The notes: generated by a model not told the origin, from the sequence alone. Positions 17,095 to 27,226 are shown, numbered from the stretch's first letter. The stretch is DNA of 64,000 nucleotides from Candidatus Nealsonbacteria bacterium (GCA_003557645.1 PWNV01000014.1:17989-81988); one strand, 5' to 3'. Numbers and translations are program-made.

Positions 17095-19183
17095 ATATAC
17101 TCTCACTCTTGGAAATTCTGATTTAATTGTTTCCTTGGAAAAATTAGCCGAGCAGGCAAACGGCGAGGTGTTGGTTCATTACGGAGACACGGTCGTCCTT
17201 GCTACCGTAACTCTTTCGGACGAAGACACTGAGAAAGATTTTTTTCCTCTTTCTGTAAGCTACGAAGAAAAATTTTACGCTGCAGGAAAGATAAGCGGTC
17301 CTCGCTACACAAGAAGAGAAGGAAGGCCTTCCGACAGAGCTACTTTAATTTCTCGTATGATTGATCGAGCCATCCGCCCTAAGTTTCCCAAAGAACTGAA
17401 AAAAGAAGTACAGATAATCGTTACCTGTCTTTCCTGGGATGAAGAAAATGATCCAGGAGTGCTAGGGATGATTGCTGCATCTCTTGCTCTTGAAATATCA
17501 GACGTTCCTTGGAACGGACCTCTTGGCTCGGTGAGAATAGGAAAAAATGGTGAATATATTTTAAATCCAAGCTCTACAGAAAGAGATGAAAGTGAGATAG
17601 ATCTTATTGTAAGCGGATTTATCAGCAAAGATAACAAGCTCATAACCAACATGATCGAGGGAAGTTTTAATGAAGTAGACGAAGAAGTAGCAGAAAAGGC
17701 CTTTCATTTTGCAGAAGACTCCATAAGACAGCTTTGCGCTTTTCAAGAAAAAATAAAAAAAGAAAAAGGAAAGGAAAAGATTGAGCTCTCTCCTCTTTTT
17801 TCTGACAAAAAAATAGAAAGCATTATCGCAGAAAAAATCAAAGAAGGAATGAAAGATATTTTCACAGAAAAAGAAGGAAGGGGTGATAAAATAAAAAAAC
17901 TTAAAAAAGATATTATTTCTTTTGCAAAAGAAAATTACGAAGACGCAACTGAGAAGAGTTACGCTGTTTCTTGCGTAGACACAGAGGTGGAAAAAGTTAT
18001 AAGAAAAAATATTTTAGAGAAAGAAGATCGTCCCGACGGAAGAAAAATGGACGAGGTAAGAGAAATAAGCACAAGCGTTGCCATTCTCCCTCGTACTCAC
18101 GGATCAGGCATTTTCAGAAGAGGCAAAACCAGATCACTTTCTATTATCACGCTTGGTGCTCCCGGTGAACAGCAACTTATCGAAGAGATGGAAGTTTCCG
18201 GTAAAAAACGTTTCATGCATCACTATAACTTTCCTTCTTATTCAGTTGGAGAAGTAAAACCTATTCGTGGTCCAGGGAGAAGAGATATCGGTCACGGAAT
18301 GCTTGCTGAAAAAGCAATCTTTCCTCTTCTTCCTAATATAGAAGATTTTCCCTACACCATTCGTGCAGTTTCAGAAATCCTTTCGTCTAATGGCTCAACT
18401 TCCATGGCTTCGGTTTGTAGCACCACTCTTGCATTGATGGATGCAGGGGTTCCGATTAAAAGACCTGTAGCAGGAATTTCTATCGGTCTTGTTACGGGAG
18501 ATCGTGGAGATTATAAGATGCTTACCGACATTCAAGGTCCTGAAGATCACTACGGCGACATGGATTTCAAAGTTGCAGGAACAAAGAACGGTATAACTGC
18601 TATTCAAATGGATGTAAAGATAGATGGCATTACGCAGAATATGATTAAAGAAGCTTTAAGCAGAGGAAAAGAAACTCGTTTTTACCTTCTAGAAGAAATA
18701 GCAAAAACGATTGAAACTCCGAGAAAAGAGCTTTCTCCTTACGCCCCTCGTATTGTTGTGATTAAGGTTGATCCAGAAAAAATAGGTGTCATAATAGGTC
18801 CTAAAGGAAAAACAATAAATGAAATAATGGAGGAAACAAATGTTTCTATTGATATTGATGATTCTGGCCTTGTTTCTGTCACTTCGGAAAATGAAGAAGA
18901 TATTGAAAAAGCTGTCTCTCGAATCAAAAACCTTACTCGTGAGGTTAAGGAAGGAGAAATCTTTGAAGGTAAAGTAATTAAAATATTTGATTTTGGAGCA
19001 GTAATAGAAATATTCCCTGGGCAAGAGGGTCTTTGTCATATTTCCGAGATCGCGCCACGAAGAGTACAGTCAGTAGAGAGTGAGTTAAAGAAAGACCAAA
19101 TCGTTCCTGTAAAAGTAATTAAAGTAGAAGAAAATGGGAAAGTAAGTCTTTCCATTAAAAGAGCAAAAGAGGATAAAAATTAA
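17087..19183 (+). CDS. pnp: Polyribonucleotide nucleotidyltransferase
   Basis: FFPLSV, RREGRPS, RPDGR, SNGSTSMAS, EDHYGDMDFKVAGT, KH and S1 domains. Confidence 0.97.
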   Translation: MNKYTLTLGNSDLIVSLEKLAEQANGEVLVHYGDTVVLATVTLSDEDTEKDFFPLSVSYEEKFYAAGKISGPRYTRREGRPSDRATLISRMIDRAIRPKFPKELKKEVQIIVTCLSWDEENDPGVLGMIAASLALEISDVPWNGPLGSVRIGKNGEYILNPSSTERDESEIDLIVSGFISKDNKLITNMIEGSFNEVDEEVAEKAFHFAEDSIRQLCAFQEKIKKEKGKEKIELSPLFSDKKIESIIAEKIKEGMKDIFTEKEGRGDKIKKLKKDIISFAKENYEDATEKSYAVSCVDTEVEKVIRKNILEKEDRPDGRKMDEVREISTSVAILPRTHGSGIFRRGKTRSLSIITLGAPGEQQLIEEMEVSGKKRFMHHYNFPSYSVGEVKPIRGPGRRDIGHGMLAEKAIFPLLPNIEDFPYTIRAVSEILSSNGSTSMASVCSTTLALMDAGVPIKRPVAGISIGLVTGDRGDYKMLTDIQGPEDHYGDMDFKVAGTKNGITAIQMDVKIDGITQNMIKEALSRGKETRFYLLEEIAKTIETPRKELSPYAPRIVVIKVDPEKIGVIIGPKGKTINEIMEETNVSIDIDDSGLVSVTSENEEDIEKAVSRIKNLTREVKEGEIFEGKVIKIFDFGAVIEIFPGQEGLCHISEIAPRRVQSVESELKKDQIVPVKVIKVEENGKVSLSIKRAKEDKN

Positions 19184-19196
19184 TATTTTCCTTTCC

Positions 19197-21440
19197 ATGG
19201 AAGAAGACACAAACATCACACAAGAGGTCCGAACAATGAAAAAAGACCTCGCTGTTGCCCGGGAGGGGGGCGAAGAAAGTGTCGTTCCTTCTCCCAGTTC
19301 TAAAAAATCTCCTCAACCCAGAGATGACGAAGAAAGAAGAAGAGAAGAAGAAGTAATAAGAAACGAAGAAAGAAGGAAGGAAGAGAAAAAGCGCAAAGAG
19401 CGACTAGCTGAAGAAGAAAAAATAAGAGAGATTGAAAAAGAGAAAATTTCAACATGGATAAATGATATTCAAAAATCCAAACAAGGGATTAGAGGCAAGA
19501 TTGCAAAAGAGATAGAGTCTTTAAAGAAGGAAATTGAAAATAAAATTCGCGAAGAGGAGGAAAAGGGTCGTAAACTGGAAGAAATACTACAAAAAAAGGA
19601 GTCGTTTGAGACAAAGGAAAATCTTTTCAAAAAGAGCATTCTTAAGCTAGAAGAAAAAAAAGATGCACTAAAACTAAAAGAAGCGAGTTTTAAAAAGCAA
19701 ATCAAAGAAATAGAGAAGATAAAGAAAGAATCAGAAAAAAAAGAAGATATCATCATAAAAGAAGAAGAGTTAAGCGAGAGAAAAAGAGAAGTAACTCAAA
19801 AAAAATGGGACACAGAAAAAGATCTCATACGAACTAAGAAAACAACTCATGCTATTGACTTGAAAAAACTCTACCTTTCCCTTCAAGTAGGTAGAGAAGA
19901 GAGAGAAGTCGAGAAATTAAAAACAGAAAGAGAAGCTTTGGGTCTTCAGCTTTCTATTCTTGTTCCTCAAAACAAAATTTCTTTTCTAGAAGAAAGGATC
20001 AACCTCTATGATCAAATATTAGGCCTTTTTCAAGCTCGGAAAAAAAGAATAAAGGATAGATTAAGAAAAGTAGTTCAGGCAGATAAGAATATCAAAGAAA
20101 GGTTTGTTGATATAAAGGAAAAGCTTGCACAAACAAGCAGCAACGAAGAATTGGAATCCCTTGAAAACGAGAGATGGAAAATTGAAGAGAAAAAGAGACA
20201 GATTAAAGAAGAGGCTTGGGAGTGGCAAGAAACAATAAAGAAAACAGAAGAAAAAATAAAAATAATTGAAACCAAAAAGAAGTCTGCGGAAGAGAAAACT
20301 CTTTCCCTGCGAAAAGAAATACAGCAAAACGAAAAATCTCTGCAAGAAAAAAGAGCCCTGATAGAGACTCTTCAAAATAAAGAAAAGAGCTTAAGAGAAA
20401 AAGAAGAGGAGGACATCAAAGAAAAGAAACGTCTCATCGTCCTTAAGAGGAGAGAATTTCTCCTAAAAGACCCTGTTTACAGGAAAAAGATTGTTGCAAA
20501 ACGAGTAGATCTTTTAAGCAAGATCTGTAGCGCTATAGAAGAAAAAAATAAAATTAAAGCAGAGCTACGAAGTCTTTTAGAAAAGGAAAGAGAAATTGAA
20601 TCTGAATTAAAAGAAACCCAAAAAAAGGAAGATGAGCTAAAGAAAGAGAAAGAAGAAGTGGAGAGAAGAGAGAGGATAGCAAAAGACCCGCAAGAAGTCA
20701 GAGAAATGGAAGAAAAGAGGTGGAAGATAGGAGAAGAAAGAAGATCTGTAGAAAAAGAGGTTCTAGAAATTCAAGAAAAATTAAGTCCTTTTACAGAGAA
20801 AAGAAAAGAAGCTGAAAAAGAATACGCTGTTCTTTCAGAGAAAAAAACAAAAATAATTAAACAAGAAGCTTCTCTTGCGTCTAAGTTACGAAGATGGATT
20901 AAAGCAGAAGAGCAAAGAAAAGAGATAGAAAAAAGAAGATCTCAGATAAACAGGAAAAAAGAAAATATTTCTAATGAAAAGGAAGAAAAAGAAAAAGGTA
21001 TAGAGGGAGTTGAGAAAAAATTGAACAATATACTAAAAAGGGAGAGTGAAGTAGAAAAGGACGTTCGATGGATAGAAGAAAAAATACAAGCCATGAACAC
21101 CGAATCAAAAGAAAGAAGAAATGAAGTTAAAAAAATGTGGCAGTTAGAAGATAAAAGAAGGGAGATAGAAAAGATGAAATGGGAGCTACAAGAAAAAGTA
21201 GATGAAAGCGGGAAAGAAAAAGAAAAAATTGAACAACAATATCAACTCCTTCTAGATGAAGAAAGTCGCCTGCTCAAGGAGAAAGAAGGCTTTAAAGAGA
21301 AAGAAGCACTCCTATCACTAGAAAAAGAAAAAGAGGAGATAGAGAAGATGATGGAAGAAGAAGACAGCGAAGTTCTTGAGAAAAAATTCGTAGAAATCGC
21401 ACATCAAATGATAAGCGAACTTCAAAAAACGGTCTCTTAA
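19197..21440 (+). CDS. E/K-rich coiled-coil protein with W-x13-W repeats
   Basis: 747-aa ORF; repeats ENERWKIEEKKRQIKEEAW and KKMWQLEDKRREIEKMKW; no ATPase motif. Confidence 0.8.
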   Translation: MEEDTNITQEVRTMKKDLAVAREGGEESVVPSPSSKKSPQPRDDEERRREEEVIRNEERRKEEKKRKERLAEEEKIREIEKEKISTWINDIQKSKQGIRGKIAKEIESLKKEIENKIREEEEKGRKLEEILQKKESFETKENLFKKSILKLEEKKDALKLKEASFKKQIKEIEKIKKESEKKEDIIIKEEELSERKREVTQKKWDTEKDLIRTKKTTHAIDLKKLYLSLQVGREEREVEKLKTEREALGLQLSILVPQNKISFLEERINLYDQILGLFQARKKRIKDRLRKVVQADKNIKERFVDIKEKLAQTSSNEELESLENERWKIEEKKRQIKEEAWEWQETIKKTEEKIKIIETKKKSAEEKTLSLRKEIQQNEKSLQEKRALIETLQNKEKSLREKEEEDIKEKKRLIVLKRREFLLKDPVYRKKIVAKRVDLLSKICSAIEEKNKIKAELRSLLEKEREIESELKETQKKEDELKKEKEEVERRERIAKDPQEVREMEEKRWKIGEERRSVEKEVLEIQEKLSPFTEKRKEAEKEYAVLSEKKTKIIKQEASLASKLRRWIKAEEQRKEIEKRRSQINRKKENISNEKEEKEKGIEGVEKKLNNILKRESEVEKDVRWIEEKIQAMNTESKERRNEVKKMWQLEDKRREIEKMKWELQEKVDESGKEKEKIEQQYQLLLDEESRLLKEKEGFKEKEALLSLEKEKEEIEKMMEEEDSEVLEKKFVEIAHQMISELQKTVS

Positions 21441-21464
21441 ATAAGCTTTCCTAAAAGTAATTCT

Positions 21465-24365
21465 ATGCAAAACGATACAAAACCAATCACTGCCGAACTA
21501 GAAGAAGAATTGTCTGTATTAAAAAAACTAGAAGAAAAGCTAGAAGAGTTAAAAGTTAGTCTTGTTGGTGCTGCAGAAAAAAAAGAACAAATCAAAAAGA
21601 GCTTGGACCTTATAAAAGAAAAGGAAAAAGAGATAGAAGAGAGAGAAAGAGAACTTGAGAAAAAAGGAGAGGAAGCACAGAACGAGAAAGAGAAAAGAGA
21701 GGCCGGAGAAGAAAGATGGAAGGTAGAAGATAAGCGCAAAGAAATTGAGAAAGATCGATGGGATTGGGAAAATAAAATTAAAGAGGTAGAAGAGAACATC
21801 TCCTCTCTAGAAAAAGAGAAAGAAGCTACTATCGAAAAAAAGAAGGAGGCAGAAGAAAAGGTTGATCAGCTTCAAAAAAACGCAGAACAGGAGGATGAAG
21901 AAAGTATCAAAACGGCAATAGAAAGAAAGAAAGAGGAAGAGTCCTTGGCTCTTGAAGAAAAGAAAACCTTAGCTGTGAAAAAGGAGAAGGCAAAGGAGGT
22001 TTTAAAAGAAATAAAGGAAAAAGAAAAGGAAATAGAAAGAACCGAAAGAGATCTAGAAGGAAAAGAAGAGGCAGAAAAAGATTTTTCTGAAAAAAAGAAA
22101 CTTAAGGAAAAAAGGTGGGAAGCAGAAGATCAGCGTAAAAAAATAGAAGAAGAAAGATGGAAAATTGAAGAAACTGTCTCCTCTATAAATGAAAAAATTG
22201 AAAAGAAAAATACTAAACTAAGCAGACTAGAAGATGAGATCGAATCACTGCAAAGACAAAAAGACGAAGCAGAGGTAATTGCAGGAATCAAAGAAACGCC
22301 AAAACCAGAGGCTGATCTTGAGAAAAAGGAAAAAGAACCTTTAACCGGAGATCTTGAAGAAAAAATAGTCGAGAAGAAGGAATCTCTCTCTGAAGAAAAA
22401 GAAACTCTTTTTGCAAAAAGAATGGAGCTCTCCGACAAGCTTCGTGAAACAAAGAAAAAAGAAAGAGCGACAGAAAAAGAAAAAATAAAAATTGAGAGAG
22501 AAGAAACAGCCGTAAAAGGAACAAGTAAAGAGAAAGAGATAACTGAGAAAAAATGGGCGGTTGAGGAAGAAAGAAGATCTACAGAACAGATAAGATGGGA
22601 TTTAGAGAAGGAGCTAGGAGATGTTAATAAAAGAATAGAAGAAATCAAGAGAAAAGAGAAAGTTATTAGAAAAAAGGAAGAGGAACTAGCAAAAAGAAGA
22701 GAAGAGAGAGAAAGAGAAAGGGAGATAAGGCAAAGAGAAAGAGAAGTAACTTCTAAACTCCAAGACAAGGATCTCTCTTTAACACAACAAAAGAAGCTCC
22801 AGCTAGAAAAAATGGGTCTCCTAAAAGAAAAGCTAAGTGATCAGTTCTATCGATACAAAGAAGAAAAAAAACTTTTAGAAATTGAAATTGACAAGCTCTC
22901 ACAAAAGGAAAAAGAAAACGAGAGAAAGTTGGAAGAGGCTTATGAAGAAGAAAACTACGCAGAGAAAAAAAAGAATGAGATTGAGGCAAAGGAAAAAGCA
23001 ACACACAATGTAAAAGAAAAAGAAGAAATAGAAAAAAGCAGATGGGAAGCAGAAGAGGAAACGAGAGAAGCTAAAAGAGTTGTCTGGGATATTAAGGAAA
23101 GATTGAACGAAATAAAGAAAAGAAGTCGCAGAGCACACACAAAAAAATGGAAAGTTTCCACCAAGGAAAAGAGAGTTCAAGAAAAATGGCACAGCCTCGC
23201 TCGTAAAGAAGAAAGAGCTAGGGTTTCTCTGGAAAAAGCAAAAATAAAAGAAAAGATTAAATCTATTGAGAGTGAAAGGAGGACTCTTGACCTAGAAATA
23301 GTTAAGACAAAGGAAAGAAGAGATCATTTACAAGAAAAGATCGCTACTGTTATTGAAAAAGAAACTGTTATTGAAAAGAAAAAGAAAGAAATCGAAGAGG
23401 AAGAAACAGCCGCCAAAAACCCTGAAGAAAGAAGGGAGAAAGAAAAAGAGAGATGGAGAGTGGAAGAAAAAAGGAGAGAAATTGAGAAAGAAAAATGGTC
23501 ATTACAAGAAAAGATCAAAACAATAGAAAAAGATCTATACTCTTCTGAGCTGCATTATCAGCAAACGCTAAACAAAGAAGAAAACTTAAAGAAGAAAGAA
23601 TCCTCTCTTTCTAAAAAAGAAAAAGAGCTAATAGCCAAAGAAAGCAAGAGAGAGAAAGCTAAAGAGCTAAAAAGATTGCAGGCAATTAAGGGCAAGATCG
23701 AGGAGAAAAAAGAAAGCTTAATTGACGAAGAAAACCAACTAAAAGATTCTCTTAAAGAAATGAAGGAAAAAGTGAAAGGAATGAAGAAGGTTATGCACGA
23801 TATTGAAGAGGAAGAAGAATTCATCGAAGAACCTGAAGAAAGAAAAAAAGTAGAAGAAAAAAGATGGAAAGCAGAAGAAGATAAGCGCGAAACAGAAAAA
23901 AAGATCTGGGAATTAGAAAACAGATTAGCGGAAATTGAAACGGAGAGAAAGGGCTTTGATCTTATTAAAAAAAGAGAATCAGAAATCCAAGCAGAACTAG
24001 AAAAACTAGAATCTCTTTTAAGAAGAGAGAATGATGCTTTTGAAGAAGATTACACTGACGACCTAGAAGATGAGGAGGAAGCCACAGAAGAAATAGATCA
24101 AAGTTTAAGTAAAGAATCTTTTCGAGAAAGAAAAAAGAGAGAAATCGAAGAGGAAGATAGCGATGAAGAAGAAGATTATGAAGATGAAGAAGAAGATTAT
24201 GAAGATGAAGAAGAGGATGATGAGGAGAGAAAAGACAAAGATGAAGAAGAATATTATGAAGATGATGAAGAAGACGATGAGGAGGATGATGAAAAAACTC
24301 CATCAGAGTCAGAAGAAAAAGAGAAGAAAGATCCTAATATCTCTGACCTAGATTTTAAGTTTTAA
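21465..24365 (+). CDS. E/K-rich coiled-coil protein with six W-x13-W repeats and acidic tail
   Basis: 966-aa ORF with six (R/K)W..E..R...E...W units and a D/E-rich C-terminus. Confidence 0.8.
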   Translation: MQNDTKPITAELEEELSVLKKLEEKLEELKVSLVGAAEKKEQIKKSLDLIKEKEKEIEERERELEKKGEEAQNEKEKREAGEERWKVEDKRKEIEKDRWDWENKIKEVEENISSLEKEKEATIEKKKEAEEKVDQLQKNAEQEDEESIKTAIERKKEEESLALEEKKTLAVKKEKAKEVLKEIKEKEKEIERTERDLEGKEEAEKDFSEKKKLKEKRWEAEDQRKKIEEERWKIEETVSSINEKIEKKNTKLSRLEDEIESLQRQKDEAEVIAGIKETPKPEADLEKKEKEPLTGDLEEKIVEKKESLSEEKETLFAKRMELSDKLRETKKKERATEKEKIKIEREETAVKGTSKEKEITEKKWAVEEERRSTEQIRWDLEKELGDVNKRIEEIKRKEKVIRKKEEELAKRREEREREREIRQREREVTSKLQDKDLSLTQQKKLQLEKMGLLKEKLSDQFYRYKEEKKLLEIEIDKLSQKEKENERKLEEAYEEENYAEKKKNEIEAKEKATHNVKEKEEIEKSRWEAEEETREAKRVVWDIKERLNEIKKRSRRAHTKKWKVSTKEKRVQEKWHSLARKEERARVSLEKAKIKEKIKSIESERRTLDLEIVKTKERRDHLQEKIATVIEKETVIEKKKKEIEEEETAAKNPEERREKEKERWRVEEKRREIEKEKWSLQEKIKTIEKDLYSSELHYQQTLNKEENLKKKESSLSKKEKELIAKESKREKAKELKRLQAIKGKIEEKKESLIDEENQLKDSLKEMKEKVKGMKKVMHDIEEEEEFIEEPEERKKVEEKRWKAEEDKRETEKKIWELENRLAEIETERKGFDLIKKRESEIQAELEKLESLLRRENDAFEEDYTDDLEDEEEATEEIDQSLSKESFRERKKREIEEEDSDEEEDYEDEEEDYEDEEEDDEERKDKDEEEYYEDDEEDDEEDDEKTPSESEEKEKKDPNISDLDFKF
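24162..24214 (+). repeat. 21-bp coding tandem repeat (about 2.5 copies, DEEEDYE)
   Basis: GATGAAGAAGAAGATTATGAA twice plus a partial third copy. Confidence 0.8.
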
Positions 24366-24378
24366 GCCTCATCAAGCT

Positions 24379-25710
24379 ATGAATATTGTAACCTCAATTG
24401 AAACAGCAAGAAAAAAAGGAGCTTCTGATGAGAAGATCTTACTTGAAATAAGGAAACAAAATCCAGAGAAAGAAGACTTTTTTATTAAAGCAGAACACCG
24501 AGGAGCAAGCGCTTCTCATATTTTAGATGAGATAATTAGGCAAAATAAGGAAGAGAAAATAGAAGAAGATGCCACTTCTATTAGAAGAAGAAAAGAAGAA
24601 GAAAGAAGGAGAAAATTTTTGCAAAAAATTGAGGAGAAGGAAAAAGGAGAAAAGGAAGGTTTCGCTACTCCTTCCTCGGAAGCATTTACTCCTTCTTCTG
24701 TAACTCCTTCTCCAGAACAAGAAGAGATTTCTCCCCCTCTCTCTCCACCTCAAAAACCGCCCGAGAAAGAAAAACAAGTAAATCGTATACTTGTTATCAT
24801 AGTCATTCTTACTATTTTTGCTCTTTCTGTTGCTTTTCTTTATAGAATTTTGTTTCTGACCTCTCCTCCTGACGTCGAGCCAGTGGAAATAATTATAGAA
24901 GTTCCTATCCCCCGTGCACCTGAATCACTGGTAGAAATTGATGAAGAAAAAGATGATATTGTTAGATTCCCCGCTATAAACAGCAATGAACATATCATTG
25001 CTCTACGCAAAGCGATGGAAGAGATGGAGAGAGGAGAAATAACACGTATAATTATTGAAGACCAAAGAGAAGAAGAGCCACGTATTTCTGATCTGGAGGA
25101 TTTTTTTCGTCTTTTTAATATAAGGTCTCCCGAGAAGTTTTTTGAGATGATAGAAAAAGACTTTACTCTCTTAATATACACAAAAGAAGAGAAAAATCGC
25201 CTAGCCTTTGTAGTAAAAGCTAAAGAAAGAGACTTGGATCTAGAATGGTCTTTAATGAGGCCGTGGGAAAGATCTATCGAAAGGGATTTTCGTGGTCTTT
25301 TTGCTTTTCTGGAGATAGAAGTTGAAGATACTAGTGAAGAGTTAAATAATTTCATTTACGAAAGGCCTGGCAGAAGTAATCCTGTTATTCGTTATCGTAG
25401 CATCCCCTCAGATAAAAACCTTCTTATAGTTAAAGACTCTACTTCTGTCTATTCTGATACTGATAACTTTATCGAGATAGGAAGAACTTCGCATGAAGAA
25501 AAATATGAAGAATTAAAAGTAGAAGATGGTTGGTACAGTATTGCCATAAACAATACTGAAGGGTGGATAGAGGAAGATGCGGTTATAGAGGTAGAACCAT
25601 TCGGAGAGAACGTTGGCCTGTACTACTCTATTATGGAAGGGCGTATGGAGGATAAAATCGTCTTTTCTACTTCCCTTGAAAGTATCAAAGTAATAATTGA
25701 CCGTTTATAG
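24379..25710 (+). CDS. Single-pass membrane protein with SH3b-like segment
   Basis: Charged N-terminus, Pro/Ser linker, TM ILVIIVILTIFALSVAFLY, SH3-like VEDGWYSIAINNTEGWI. Confidence 0.7.
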   Translation: MNIVTSIETARKKGASDEKILLEIRKQNPEKEDFFIKAEHRGASASHILDEIIRQNKEEKIEEDATSIRRRKEEERRRKFLQKIEEKEKGEKEGFATPSSEAFTPSSVTPSPEQEEISPPLSPPQKPPEKEKQVNRILVIIVILTIFALSVAFLYRILFLTSPPDVEPVEIIIEVPIPRAPESLVEIDEEKDDIVRFPAINSNEHIIALRKAMEEMERGEITRIIIEDQREEEPRISDLEDFFRLFNIRSPEKFFEMIEKDFTLLIYTKEEKNRLAFVVKAKERDLDLEWSLMRPWERSIERDFRGLFAFLEIEVEDTSEELNNFIYERPGRSNPVIRYRSIPSDKNLLIVKDSTSVYSDTDNFIEIGRTSHEEKYEELKVEDGWYSIAINNTEGWIEEDAVIEVEPFGENVGLYYSIMEGRMEDKIVFSTSLESIKVIIDRL

Positions 25711-25713
25711 CTT

Positions 25714-26073
25714 ATGAATAAAACTCAAATTGAAAGTTTGAAAAGAAAACTGGAAGAAGACAAGGATTCTCTTCAGAAAACTTTACAACGCTTCGCTAAA
25801 AAAGGAAGTAAGCTCGAAGGAAATTGGGAAACCAACTATCCCGACTTTACTCCTAATGAATCAAGTAAAGAAGAGGAAGCCGATGAAGTGGAAGAGTACT
25901 CTGCTTTAATTAAAATAGAACATGCCCTGGAAGTCAGATTAAAAAATGTCAACGAAGCCTTAGAAAAAATGAAAAACGGTAATTATGGAACTTGCGAAAG
26001 ATGCGAAAAAGAAATTCCTTATGAAAAACTTTCTTTGGTTCCAGAAACAAAGACCTGCACCGATTGCGTATAG
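25714..26073 (+). CDS. DksA/TraR C4 zinc-finger protein
   Basis: ALEKMKNGNYGTCERC...IPYEKL...P...CTDC. Confidence 0.88.
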   Translation: MNKTQIESLKRKLEEDKDSLQKTLQRFAKKGSKLEGNWETNYPDFTPNESSKEEEADEVEEYSALIKIEHALEVRLKNVNEALEKMKNGNYGTCERCEKEIPYEKLSLVPETKTCTDCV

Positions 26074-26086
26074 ATCTTCTTAAAAG

Positions 26087-26112
26087 AAAATCCCCTCTTT
26101 AGGGGGTTTTTT
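26087..26112. terminator. Bidirectional intrinsic terminator
   Basis: AAAATCCCCT-CTTT-AGGGGGTTTTTT. Confidence 0.7.
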
Positions 26113-26119
26113 GTTAGAG

Positions 26120-27124
26120 CTATCTAACTTGTCCTCCAACCGGGATGTGAGAAAAAGGATTCCTTATTCTTCTGGAAAGAATATCAAAGTGAACATGGCA
26201 TCCTGTTGAAAGTCCCGTAGTTCCCATTGTTCCAATTTGCTGTCCTTGATAAACTCTCTCTCCCACTCCAACATGCATTCCTTGTAAGTGTCCATAAAAA
26301 GCAACTACACTTCCATGATTGATCTTGATAAAGTTCCCCGCTGGCCAGGTATTGTAGGCTCTCTCTATTACTACTCCAGATTGCACGGCATAAATCGGGG
26401 TTCCACAGTTGTTAGCAATATCAACTGCATTGTAGTGGTGGGGTCCCTGTGTAAGGATTCCTGTTGCTGGAGGAATAAAGTGCATTGATGGAGTTGGCCT
26501 TGGTACAGTAGTTCTTGGAATTGGCGGCTGTTCCCCTCCTGGAACAATTATTAAGTCTCCTGGATAAATATTCTCAACGTATAGATTATTAAATTTTTCT
26601 ATCTCCTCCTTTTTTGCTTTATGTCTCTCTGCAACTTCAGACAAAGTATCCCCTGCTTCTACATAATACATCACTCCCGTAACAGGGAGGATTGTTAATT
26701 CTTCTCCCGGTTTTATCTTATCTCCCTTTATGTCGTTTGCCCATCTTATCGTGTCTTTGCTAATTCCAAACTTATCGGCTACATTATCAAGGGTATCTCC
26801 TTCTTCAACTTTATAAGAGATTATGCTGTTTCTTTGATCTATCCCGCCTCCTCTACCCATCACTTGAGAAGTTACAAAATAAGGAGTGGAATCAGAGAGA
26901 AGAGTGTTTTCGTGAGTAAATACAATCGGCTTAAAATCATCAAAAGATTCTCCTTGATAAGAAAGAAATATATCAATATCAGAAACAAAGCTCTCCTCTG
27001 AATAATCTTTCCTGTCTATAAAAAAACTTGAATCTGTAAAATGATTTAACGCTAAAAGAGAGAACACAAAAAGAAGGAAAAACTTACTTTTCCCCTTAAT
27101 GGCTACAAATCTACCTTGGCTCAA
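26120..27124 (-). CDS. LysM-LysM-M23 peptidase
   Basis: Two YxVxxGDTL LysM domains, NAVDIA, YGHL, GLSTGCHVHF. Confidence 0.9.
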   Translation of the reverse strand: MSQGRFVAIKGKSKFFLLFVFSLLALNHFTDSSFFIDRKDYSEESFVSDIDIFLSYQGESFDDFKPIVFTHENTLLSDSTPYFVTSQVMGRGGGIDQRNSIISYKVEEGDTLDNVADKFGISKDTIRWANDIKGDKIKPGEELTILPVTGVMYYVEAGDTLSEVAERHKAKKEEIEKFNNLYVENIYPGDLIIVPGGEQPPIPRTTVPRPTPSMHFIPPATGILTQGPHHYNAVDIANNCGTPIYAVQSGVVIERAYNTWPAGNFIKINHGSVVAFYGHLQGMHVGVGERVYQGQQIGTMGTTGLSTGCHVHFDILSRRIRNPFSHIPVGGQVR

Positions 27125-27226
27125 AGATTTTCTTTTCGAGCCTCTTTTTTTTGAAGTATAAATAGCTTTAAATCTGTTATAAGCTGTGGTATTATTCTAC
27201 TAATTCAAGGCGAAAAGTCAATATAA

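Noticed and set aside
24162-24214. Possible CRISPR-like repeat
   Set aside because: In-frame tandem repeat with no spacers and no cas genes.
19469-24351. Many S/F/L-rich antisense and alternate-frame ORFs
   Set aside because: Expected artefact of GAA/AAA-rich coding sequence lacking antisense stops.
19197-24365. SMC/SbcC-like call, or a single frameshifted gene
   Set aside because: No Walker A/B, signature motif or hinge; each ORF has its own start and stop with a 24-nt spacer.
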